A stretch of 55,081 nt of DNA, counting the filler, from Bipalium vagum (Eukaryota), in assembly GCA_037834085.1 (NCBI GenBank). It is 3 parts of 3 records of this genome, joined end to end, with 100 filler letters (N's around TTAATTAATTAA, not from the genome) between each part and the next. Parts side by side here need not be neighbours in the genome. Positions count along the whole stretch, not along the records: positions 35,406 to 55,081 come from JBBMKC010270322.1; 2 more parts are not named here. One strand, given 5' to 3'. Below the pieces are notes generated by a model. That model ran no database searches. It was not told the DNA's origin and saw only the letters and a program-made list of their open reading frames with translations. Below are positions 37,470 through 49,269 of this stretch, piece by piece; the stretch's first letter is position 1; each line of letters starts with the position of its first letter. A program made the position numbers and the translations under genes.

Positions 37470-40400
37470 AACATCCTTCAAAAGTTGAAGGCTAAAGCAG
37501 CTTGGGAACGAAATTCTCTCGATATGTATGATATAAATGCAGAAATATCAGAAAGTTCTTGGTTCAAGATATTGGTGAACCACAAATTCACAACTATTCA
37601 AAATGGAATTTCGTCCATTGAAGTCAAAATAAAGGACTTGACATATCAAATCCTTAGCGACCTAAAACTTCCAAAAGGTCACACGTTGACCGTCCTATGG
37701 CCAAAAAATATTTTAGTGATCGAATCGAAGCCTACTACCACCGGATCGTCACAGTCCAAAACCGAAATTGTCCATGACATTATATTGAATAAGGAGACCA
37801 TAGGCACCGTCATCAATACTGTTACGTTAAACAGAAATCAATACCAATTCAGCTTCAACAGTATTGGAAAGACGAAAAAAGAAACCCTCTATAATTTCGT
37901 TATAGGTGGACATTTGAGAAAAAATATTGCTCTTAAGAATATCCATTACGATTTCCTAACGGATTTCGGATTGAAAATACCATCGAAAACCATCGATTTT
38001 TCCATCAGAACCAAACAGTTCGCCAACATTGTGATCGACGGCAAATTGGGGTCGAACGGCAATGACTTCGAGAGCTCATTCACGTACACGGAAAATGTCA
38101 AGAAAAAGAATTACGGATATGAAATAGTTGCCAAATCCGTCAAGGACTCGGAACCTTTCTATGAAATCAAGACCATCGTTCACAAGGGTTTTTCGAAAGA
38201 TAAGGTTGTGATGAAATTTGGAAAGGCGGACAAAAAGTTCCTGTTCGGGATTTCTTTCGACTCACCATCAATTGGGGATTTCGATTTTCTCTATAAGTCA
38301 CAGTATGAAAAGGAAAAAATAACCTCTTCCTTGGTCTGCTCTTTGGACCTAAAAGAAAACGACAAATACAACTTCTACCATAAAAACAATATGAGGCTCA
38401 TTTACCAGTTGAAGCAAATGTTTTCTTTAACCTATAGTGGAGAGTACGGAAAATCGAAAAAATCCAACTTGACTCCCTTTCAAGGTTCCCTGAAAGTTCT
38501 GTATTCGGACAGGAGCAAATTCGACATAAACTTAGACATAGGACATCCAGTGTTATCGTTGGTGAAATTGGCCCGACTGACTTTGGGCCTGAATTACGAA
38601 TACATCAAATCCGATTCGAAAGACCCCTCAATCACGTCCAACATTCTGATCAAATGGCAAAAGGAAAAGTCCAGAACGGCCAACTATTACGAGTTCAAGC
38701 TCAATGGAAACTACAACTTCGATCCAAAATCCCCGATAACCGTTAACATGGAGGCTGTGCTCTTTAAAGATTCATCGTTGAAGAAATTGATCGACCTGGG
38801 GCTCAAATATAGAAGACAAAAATGGTCAATTGAATCGCAGTTAAAATTCGACATGGAGACGACGAAAAAGATCAATTTCATCATAGAATCCAAGATTGAC
38901 GTCAATGATATCAAGAACCATGTCATCATGTTTTCCATCAAGACTTCCAATGACAATTTCAAAGAATTTACATTTTTGTCCGAGCATAAAAATATTGGAA
39001 CAGCTATTCAAGGAACCCTGAAACTTAACCTTCTGTCCACCGTAACGTATAACATTGAAATAGTTCGAATAATGAAGCTGGATTTGGCCAACGGATTGGA
39101 TCTGGTCAACAATGTTAAATGGGTCTCCAATGTACCCTGCTTGAATTCCGGCTCATATGATTTCGGGATATTGGTATCGAATGTGGGCAATTATAAAGTC
39201 AATTTCCGGTTGACATATAAAGACGCCAAGAAAATAAATTTCAAATTCTCCACCGACAGACGAACGGAAGTTCAGGTCTACGCAGAGTCGTTCATCGTTA
39301 TACCCATGAAGTTGTCCACCCATGTTACGGTGGCGTCTGACAACAGCGTGGCCGCCAATTTCGAGTTCGGATATCGCGAGTGCTTCTTGAAGATTTCCAA
39401 TGTCAAATTGAAATATGAGACCAAAGATCAGTCGGTCGTCTTCCGATTTTCTTTCAACCTTTTGTCCAACGATGAGGACATCAACGATATAAGCCTGTCG
39501 ACGGATAATTTTTATAAAACCGGCCATTTCTTAACAACATATAAGGGCAATGATGTAATTAAATATAAGGGAAAAGTCATATATGAATTCAATGTTAATC
39601 TGAAGGACAAGAAGATCTTCTTGGAAAGCAAGCTGGGAGAATATATCAAAGACTGGACGATAAAAACCATAAGATTTGATCTCAAATATTCCTATCAATC
39701 CAAAAAAGATTGGGGTTTCAATATGATGGTTTTGGCACAGCCGATTTTCGATGAGGCCAAGTTGGAACTTGCTTACTTTAAGAAGGAAAAAGACGGAAAG
39801 ACCAAGCTCATTGAAACATTGGGAGAAGCGATGTATTATAACAAAATCGATTTCACTTATAAAGTCCACCAATTCAAACAAATAATCTTTATAAATAAAG
39901 ACGCAACCAAGGGTCAAATGGAGTTGAAAATCAACTGTCCAAAACTTGGAGACCAGTGGAAAGACGTGCTCTTCAAATGGGACATTGTCAAAGTTTCCGA
40001 TACCGTTTATACCGGAACGGGGACGTATAAGGATGTCACATACAAGTTTAAATACGAATATTTCAGCAAATGGAAAAAGTCCATTCAAGTAGATCTGGTA
40101 TCTGGCTCGTTCACACCGAAAAAGGTCCATTTATCTTACGATTTTAAAGACAAGATCTTGTGGAAGATCGCTGTGGACAACTACTTCAAATTGGATATCG
40201 ATATGAAAAAGATGTCCGAAACGAAAAAGGAGGGAACGATTACCATGGTTTATAAAGAAAAGGAAATCGCTAATGTCAAAGCAGACCTGGATGTAAAAAT
40301 ACCAAAGGACGTTGAAACGTTGAGTGACTTTTTGAAAGCGTTGATCGGAATTAAAACCGGGTTACATTACAAAAGCAAGATCGTTGGAAAGTTGAGTGAG

Positions 40401-43400
40401 AAACAGGTCGACAGGACTTTCGAGCTATACCATGTGGACAGTAAAAAGTTTCCCGGTGGAACGAAATCTTTTATCAGTTCCCAAACGGATATCGGCTCGA
40501 ATTCCGTCTTTCACAAATATCTGTTAAGTTTCGATAGAAATTGGCCAAACTTCGAGACGGAAGAAGTGGTACATATTAGGGTTAATAATGAAGACAGGTT
40601 TAAAAGTCTATCCAAAGCTTCATATCTCTCAACAAATGACATTTATTTTAACAGTGAAATCTTTGTCAGGAATTATTTCAAGTCCCAACTGGATGCGATT
40701 TACAATGGAAATGTTGTACAAGGTCAATATTTTATTGACATTCTTCAGAAAAAGTTCCAGTTCGGATTTGGCTTCAGAAACCAGGTTCAGAATAGTGTGG
40801 TGGAAGTCCATGTACTGGTTGGTGAAAGCAATTATACCATTTCGACCAATCTTGGTGAACTGGCCTATAAGGTGATTAAGAAAGACGTATCTTTTCCCGT
40901 GGGCAAAGAATATTTCATTGAATATTCGAAAAAGTATTACATCAGAGTTGGTAGAATCAAGGCGAGAGAATACGAAATGAAGCTCAATTACAACTGGGAC
41001 GAACCTGTACATGCTGTCATTTCGTATTCCAAAGACAATTACAATTTGTTATCAGAATTAGTTCTAAAGGTCACCAGTCCTTTTGAAAAGGTAAGACAGT
41101 TGACTTGGAAGTTTAATAAAGAATATAGTGAAAACAAATATAAATTAACATCGTCTTTGAAGTTGAATAAAAAGTCCGTCTCAGATCTGGTTCTCAAACT
41201 TCACAACACCAATGGAGGAAATCCGTACACCATCACTATTGATTATAAAGGTCATTATAATATTAATGGGTTTCTGGATTTGGATCTTAAAACCCAAAAA
41301 TTAGTCACCAATATTAAAGCGAAAACGAAAACTTTTGATTCATTTTTATGGAGTCTCCAGACCAAATGTGCCCTTCAACCTTCGTTCAATTGCTATTGGG
41401 GTTATACGAACAAGGCCCGAGAAATGATCGGTGGAATAATTTGGGAAAAGAACTTTCGAAAATTACAGTTCACGTGGAATAAGAAGATGGGCGATGGTTT
41501 TATTTTCTCAAGAAAAATTGAAGGAGACAAGAAAACTTTGTCAATTGAGAGTCCATGGAGGAAAATAGAGTTAAGTCACAAGAAATTATGGACAGCTGAG
41601 GAGAAGAATGGTGTTTTCGATTTCAGCATAGTTCATTTGGACAAATCCGTTAAAGATATCACCCTAAAGTTGACATACAAAATGAAAGGATCTCTAAAGA
41701 CCGACTATAAGTTGGATCTGAATCTGAAAACGTCACTGTTGCATAAAGTACGTTAAGAGTAACATTTGTTCTGCCTTGTTTACGAAACTCGTTCAGGGAA
41801 TCAATCTATCTGTTAAGCGAGACGTCAGTGTGGATATTGGAGATTTGTATATACTTGACGTGAAGGTTTCCTTTGATGATGAAAGTTCTCCGTTTTTCGG
41901 AATACAAGGAAATCTGAGAAAATTGTCTTTGAGAAGTTATGAAATGAACCTATTCTTTACAAACAAAAAGAAATTTGCCAATCTCACAACGACGGCCATC
42001 TTTGCGTCAGAGGAGCTTACGTTAGGTAACATGGGAAACTGTTGGGGAAATATTTATTAATAAACCATTTCAGAATACAAGCTCGTTCAAAGTGACAAGC
42101 CCACCAGAGAATTCATCTTCCAGTATATTCCATCAAGTAAATTGCATATTTCGGTAAATTTTTAATCATTTGGTATTTTGTTATGAATGGCATGTTTTGT
42201 AGAACAAGAGAAATCTAAATATACTGATCAGTCGAGCCCGAACCCAGCAAGGATACAGATCTGACTATGTCTTCAAACTGGGTTCAGAAGGACCCAATGT
42301 CGTGGCCTTTGCTACCTATTCGAAAAATCCTAGGAAGTATTATGCAGAATTTAGCACTAAAGATCAGAGTAATTGTCAATTGATCTCGGTTCAGTTTTGA
42401 TCAATTATGATCAATTTCAGAAACGGTCATCCACTTCCGGCCTGTGGGAAATTATATGATTGGTGAATTGTACCGGAAAACTAGCGACAAGAAGATCGTA
42501 GACGCATCTCTGAAGGTGAATATTGATGAGAAAAACATCCTCAAATCTAATATCTATTGGAATCCGGAATTATTTGACCGAATGAAAGTACGGTGTATTT
42601 TTTGTTTAAAGAATAAATGTCTATAAAAGAAAATTATCTCTTTCCTTAGAATGATCTTATTTCAACATTGGAGCCACAAAATTATCAAAATGTGATGGTA
42701 AAAGCCTATGAAAGCTATGAAAACTATCTTTCCAGTTTCATGTCAAACGTCAAGCGAGATCTGATTGAGAAGGTGAATATCCACGATAGTCTAGAATTTA
42801 CCAAGAGTATTATCAATGATTGGGAAAAGCTGCTACAAAAATTGACCCGGGTCTACGAAGATGATGATTACTATATGAAAAGTTTGATGGAATCTCTTTT
42901 GAAAGGTGCAACAAAACTCAGCTTGCAAAGATTAGGCTCTCATATACAGAATTCACTAAGTGAATTGAAAGAAGGGTTATCAAAGATATTCTATGACTGG
43001 TTCATTAATGCCAAGCTTTACTCTGTCATCTATCAACCCCTGAGAGTAAACACTTTATCTTTTCAGATAATTATTTTATTTTAATCATTTAAAGGACGCT
43101 TTGAAAGCCTTTTCGTACAATGATGTGAAAACCATAATTACAGGCGTGGTTAAATGTGGAAGAAACATTTTTAAATCCATCCAGACCATGGCTAACAAAA
43201 TTGGGGATACCCTTGACAAAATAAACGGTAACTTATTTTTTGGTTGGGGAATCTTTGATAAAAATATTTTTTTTCAGAAAAGGTCAAAGCATCAATTGAG
43301 AAGTACAAAGATCTCAAAGACAAAATGAGCAATATGTACAAAAACTCAGCTCTAGCCAAATTGTTCTCTTTGCTCTCGGATGTTAAAGAGGAAATAATAA

Positions 43401-46400
43401 ATATGATAGGAAAGCTTTTGAAAACTGATATTATGAAAAAGAGAGTTCAATACTACAAGGATGCCTTGGAAAATTCGCAAGACTTGATCAATCTTCTCCG
43501 AGATCTGGTACTTTGATTGATTTAAAGGAATTATTAATTGGAGATCATAGAACCATTAATGAAATAAGCGTTTTAAAATTTTAGTTACAGATAATTTATA
43601 TTATTAAATTGAACAAAACGTTCTTGCCGATTTTTAAGCAAAAATGAAAACAAAAGATTTTTTAAAAGATTTTTTTGTTTACTTATTCCAAAATATAATT
43701 TATATTATTTTGGAAAACTTGTCTCCATCTTACTGCAAACCATTGATATCTCTAACAAAGCCACAAGAGCAGAGTTAACATCACTATAGTCAACGAATGG
43801 TCTCTGTTCCATATAATTTTGCAAAGAACAAAATAAATAGTAATCCGATGGAGCAATGTCAAGCAAAAATGGACGGTGAATAAGAACTTCCCAAATAAGT
43901 TTGTTTACCTGATTAAGGGTTTTGATTACAATGTGTGACCTTACATTGTCATAGTGTAGAATAACACTCTTTCTAATGGCTAAAATCGGATATTTATTTC
44001 ATATTTCGGCTGATAATCGTGTCAATTGTTCACAGTACAGATCGGTTGTAATTGTTTCGGCAGGAGGCAAAAATTCAAAATGTATATGTTCTTTGTAAAT
44101 GTTCATATTCTACTCAATAGAAAGCATGATCTTTTTTCATGAATAATCGGTTTTGATGTGGTAGGAACTGGTTCGCCTGCTAAGACAGACTCTTTTACGC
44201 GTGACATTACTGTATCAAATCCATTTTTAATCTCCGGTTATCAATCGATCAAAAACGGCTTGTTTTCATTTCGCAGAAGTAGGTAAAAGCATACAGAAAT
44301 ACGACCCAATTTGTTGTTTTTCTGTGAGTTCATGAAGTACCTGTTTAGACCATTTTTGAACAAATCCTACTTTATGAATATGATTTATAATGTGTGTTTG
44401 TAAAATCTGGAGTCCCTTCGCTAAATCTTTGGTAGTCTCTGGGTCTACTTTTAATTCATAATGTAAGATGGCATAGTCAACCGCAGAAGGCCTACCTGAT
44501 CTTTGTTTATCTTTCAAGATGGAATTTTTGAAACCAGAACCGAACCGCTCTATATTTTACGGCATCTTCTCCAATTACATCCTGTAAATTCCTGGTTGCC
44601 TCAATCGCACTGTTCTTTTTCTAAAATTCGTAGAAGATGCAATGTCGTAGATGTTAATTGCCTGAAAACAAAGACAATTCATATAAACAGTTGATATTTC
44701 TAATTAATTATAATGACTCATAACAATAGTAATATATAAGTTTATTACAATGCAATAGGACGTGTTTTATGTGAGTTATAACAATGTTAAAAATCTGCAA
44801 GAACTTACTGTTCAACCTGATAATAAAAAATATTTTTAAAATATGTTCTTAGAGGAATTTGATGGTACTAACAATAGAGAATTAATTAATAATATAATTT
44901 CACATATGTATTGCACAAAATAATATGTATTATATTATATATTACAACTTGATGGATACTTCTCTGATTGCTAAGTAGATCAATAAAAAGTTAGACATTT
45001 TTAGAAATCTCTTCTTTTCTACACTGAATATATAAAATTATATCATGAATCATGATTCATGATCATATAAATTTTAAATTCCGGTAGAAAAACAAAATAT
45101 TGGATCAATTCAAATCGTCTTACATGGTTCAAAATATCCGAAAAACTATTGATCTAATCAGATCTTTGAAATACAAGGAAGCATTTTTCAATATAATCAA
45201 GCTTGAAGAAGCCAAATTTGAGATGGACCTGGACAAAGCGACAATTGATTTCCAATATTACGTCATACCGATGTCAAAGACCTATCTTAAGGTCCAGAAA
45301 GCTTTGATCAGTTGGCTTCCATTAAAAGTTGTCATCTTTTTCTATAGGTATACATAAATTAATTTACATTTTTAGAATATTTATCGAATTACCAAAGCCG
45401 GTGTGAAAGAGAAGATTTTGGAATTATTTTACCGTTATGAATACCTAATGTTCAATTATGGAACTCTGAGCTTCAATACTCTGATGAAGCTTCTTCCACC
45501 TTATCCAAGTAATAATATTTTACATTGCATTTACATGGTGAAAAACTATAAATATTACGTTATAAAGAAATTAATATCGTTTCATTAAACTGAAAAATTA
45601 TTAATTTGACCGTTTCTTGTTTGAAAAATAATAAATCTAAGTTGACCTCAAAAAACGATATTTCCCTCTTGACTGTTATATTTATTATTCTTTACCTAAC
45701 AGTGACATTTCCTGCAGATATCCATTTGTAAGGTTGTTGGAAAAGTTGAACGCACTTTTTAATCTTTGAAAAGTTTATTTATCCATGTACAAAATCAAAA
45801 TCGGTCAGTTGTATGTGTCCCATTTTGTTCGATGTCGTTTTTTCATTTTTCGCTGAGGTTTAAAATTCCTCGTTCATAGAAAGACTTATCTTTATTGTCC
45901 AAAGAGTGAACAATGTGCTGTTTTAAATCCTCGCTTAAATAGAACAATTTATCGTTCATTGAATATTGGAGAGAAAAATTAATAAAAGTCTGACGGCACA
46001 AGATCACGTGACCATGGCGGGTTTTTCTAACTATTTTCTCTTTGCATTAAATGGTCTCTAAAATTTTACTCATTCACTCTTTTCATTTTGAAAAATGCTT
46101 CCCATCTCAGTTGACTGATATAAGTATCTTTGAGACAAACCTTATAACTTAGTGTTTCTTCATAATTTTTCAGAGAAACTATAATGATTTTTATTTTTAG
46201 GAGAAGCGTGGGTATTGAATGGTCTCTCCATCATAACATTTGACGGTAATTCTATAAGACTTGGAAAAGGAAGTTGCTCGTATCTGTTGGCCCGCGATTT
46301 TCGGTTTTTAAGTTTCAGTATCATCATGAATATTAATCCATCATTGAAATTGAAGGAGTTCGAACTCCACTTTATTAAGAAAATTACCATATCCCAAGAT

Positions 46401-47413
46401 GGAAAGGTTCAATTGAATTTAATATTTGTTTTAATTGATTATCGTTTTAATAAAGGTGAAAGTAGATGGAGTAGATATACCAATTTTACCAAAAATATTC
46501 CGTGATGGTAGTAGAGACTTTGCCATTTACCGTGACGATGATTTGATAAAAGTTAAAACTTCTGAAGGAATTACTGTGAAATATTTCTACAAACTGGACA
46601 GTTTCAAGGTGAAGGCTACCGGGTTCTGGCAAGGTTTTATTAGAGGTCTTCTTGGATCGAATGATTTCGATAAAATGAATGATTACTCAACCCCTCTCGG
46701 TATTATTACTCATGATTCGGGTGTTCTAGCCGAATCGTGGAAGGTTGGCAAAGGTGATGGAAAAACAAAAACGAAATTACATTCAGTACTTTAGTTCTTT
46801 AGCAATTTTTAAATATTTGACATAAATTATAGATTAGAGTTGATCCAGACAAACTTCAGCGATGTGTTAATCTATTTAGTTCAGAGTCTGTATCGTATTT
46901 GAAAAGATGTAGATCTTTAATCAACCCTGTACCATATCTTGACTTATGTGTTCGGAGCTTGCAATACATCTCTAACGATGCGACAGAATTTTTCAACACC
47001 ATATGCAGTTTATCAAGAAATTATGTGATGCGCTGTAAAGCTAAGGGTATTATGATTAGACTGGATTCCAGCTGCGGTAGAGAAATATTAACAACCCATT
47101 AGAACTTCTCTTTTAACATTATTTTTTAGTTAAATGCCAAAATAAAAAGCTGAATCAAGTCATATCCTCAGCCAAGATTGTCGAGAAGAAATTTAATTAC
47201 ATCTTTATAATGGAACAATCTCGTTGCTTATTACCTTATCAGAAATTGGTGGAAAACCTAGTAAACATGATGGCCTTAAGTAAGATTACTTTTAAGTATT
47301 ATAATTGTAGAAGGAAAAATAAAAATATTTTATGAAAAGATTTAAAAAAACTTCAGTTAATTATGGGAATCTTATTTCTTATAACTAAGAAACCCTAAAT
47401 TATGTATTTTTGA

Positions 47414-47479
<66 letters not shown>

Positions 47480-48309
47480 TAAAATTTTATTTCAGATCAA
47501 GGAAACATATTCACGCTTTTAGGATTCAACGGCCTCAGTGTCTTCAACGATGTTAATTTCAAATCCATTAATAATAAATTTTCTAACAATAAAGATCAAT
47601 TTATAAAACTACTTAAAGATTTTTGGTCGTCCGACCAACTCTCATATCCATCCACATTGAGAAAGACCACTCAACAAGGAAAGGCCATATTCGACGTGAT
47701 CAAGATGTCCAGTAAGCCGGGATATGTGGAAAAGATTGTTCTTGTCAGCTGTTCATCGTAAGATCAATGAAGTGCTCATTCAGATCAACGTGTTGAAAAT
47801 CTATTTTGTTCAGTTGCGTTGAGAATCAAAAGTATATCTATTCTCTGCTGGCCGGACTGCTCAATAAAGCTGGAATATCGATCACCTATTTGACAGAGAT
47901 GCCAATGACTGGAGTCAATGCCGACGAAAACACGATTGGTCTTGGAAACAAAATGTTCTATTTCTTTGAAAAGGATTCGGTCACAGTGAAATCACGTCCG
48001 TGGCAAAGGAATGTGCAAGCTCCCAAGGACACCTGCTCGGCACTGGCGAGGTTGAATCAAGGATTTGTCTGGTCTCTTAGACCCATGGTTCGATTTCTGG
48101 CATTAAATGTTTTGTAATTTATTTCGCTTTCTATTTTTCAGAAATCTGAGATGAAAATGAGAAGAGCAGCGGAAGCCATTCACGCAGAACTGGAGAAGGT
48201 GGACGGAATTCAAACTCAGAAATGCTATTGCACTGCTGGCAATTACGAAGACGGCAGAACCGAATGTAAAGTGTCCAAGTCTGCGGGACCAAGCTCATGG
48301 ATATTTTAA
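37470..48309 (+). CDS. Apolipophorin/vitellogenin-like large lipid transfer protein, 5'-partial; exons 37470-41747, 41797-42025, 42074-42153, 42203-42368, 42421-42587, 42650-43045, 43095-43227, 43278-43507, 45088-45327, 45376-45508, 46201-46406, 46456-46785, 46833-47076, 47130-47279, 47496-47757, 47814-48087, 48142-48309
   Basis: 17 phase-consistent GT-AG exons sum to 7686 nt (2561 aa plus TAA). A long amphipathic beta-strand-like region is followed by a helical region, a vWD domain (PPYP..ITFDG..CSYLLARDF..RGLLGSND..ESWKV), a C8-like segment (C.NLF…C…NPVPYLDLC) and a Cys-containing tail. Confidence 0.88.
43604..44820 (-). mobile_element. Full-length degenerate mariner (~1.2 kb) in an apolipophorin intron
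   Basis: ~30-bp imperfect TIRs TTAAATTGAACAAAACGTTCTTGCCGATT / AATCTGCAAGAACTTACTGTTCAACCTGA with TA flanks; RSGRP, VLHELTE and LITGD*KWI motifs. Confidence 0.88.
45790..46030 (-). mobile_element. Mariner 3' remnant in an apolipophorin intron
   Basis: Minus-strand SLDNKDKSFYERGI resembles the C-terminus of mariner transposases. Confidence 0.5.
47414..47478. repeat. (AAT)n microsatellite in an intron
   Basis: Perfect trinucleotide run. Confidence 0.95.
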
Positions 48310-48359
48310 ACTTGAATTGTGACTTTTGGCAATGTTTTTGCAAATTTTTATGATAAATT

Positions 48360-48365
48360 AATAAA
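48360..48365 (+). promoter_or_regulatory. Probable polyadenylation signal of the apolipophorin-like gene
   Basis: AATAAA about 50 nt after the stop; weak evidence in AT-rich DNA. Confidence 0.4.
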
Positions 48366-49269
48366 GTAATTGTTACAATTGTCGTTTTTCAATGAAAATA
48401 AATGGGAGCAGTTGAAAGTCATTACTAATGCATAACATTAATCCAATGATAAAATAAGGAGGGACCCAAACAACTACGTTTTAAAAAGCGACTTTATTCA
48501 ATAATAAAGGAACATGATCAATATTCACTAAAAATGTTCACATAATCACCCAAGTTATTTATTCCACTGGTTTCCTTTCTCAAAGAGTCTTGTCTTATAG
48601 AAGAACTTCCGTATCCCGAAGGGAGTCGTATGTTTTTACTTTTCTTTTGACTTTGACTTCCTGAATATGGAGCGATCTTTCAAGATCCAATGGAAGGAAT
48701 CAAATGATTTATTCTGCATTTGTTTCAAAATTTGGCAGAACTTAATATACCGTTGTGTTACAAAGACAAGAAATTTTGGACAATATTTTAATTTTACCTA
48801 AACATAAAAATGTTTTTTTATGACCAACAGAAATACCCATATATTTTTTATGACCTACAAAATTACCTGTGTCGCTTTTTGACCTACAATAAAAACCAAT
48901 GTCAATAATAACAAGAAAGATAAAATAACATAAGATAAAATTGACAACCAACAAATATAATTTTATTAAAAGTTCATAGGTTCTTCATGTGTATAATTTG
49001 GCCTCCTATATTGGAATAGATCATAAAACATTTTCCGTAATTTTTTTCTTTATCTAACGTATTATGTATTTTTTTAATCACTTATTTATTTAATAATTAT
49101 TGATTATGAGAGTTAAAAATAATACAAATAAAGTTTTCTGGATAAATTTCAGAAATTGAAACCGTAATATTTTATGACATAATACTAATAATAATTAATT
49201 TCCTTAAGTAATGTTAAAATAATTATAATTTGTTTTAATTTTTAATTGCAAATAATACATATAAAGGAA

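Noticed and set aside
38711-41012. Several antisense and alternate-frame ORFs, up to 199 aa
   Set aside because: Shadows of the apolipophorin exon caused by its codon bias; no independent protein features.
48748-48954. Degenerate ~30-bp TTTTTATGACC(A/T)ACA repeats and a 70-aa ORF
   Set aside because: Looks like a transposon subterminal fragment, but no partner TIR was found and the ORF is not credible.
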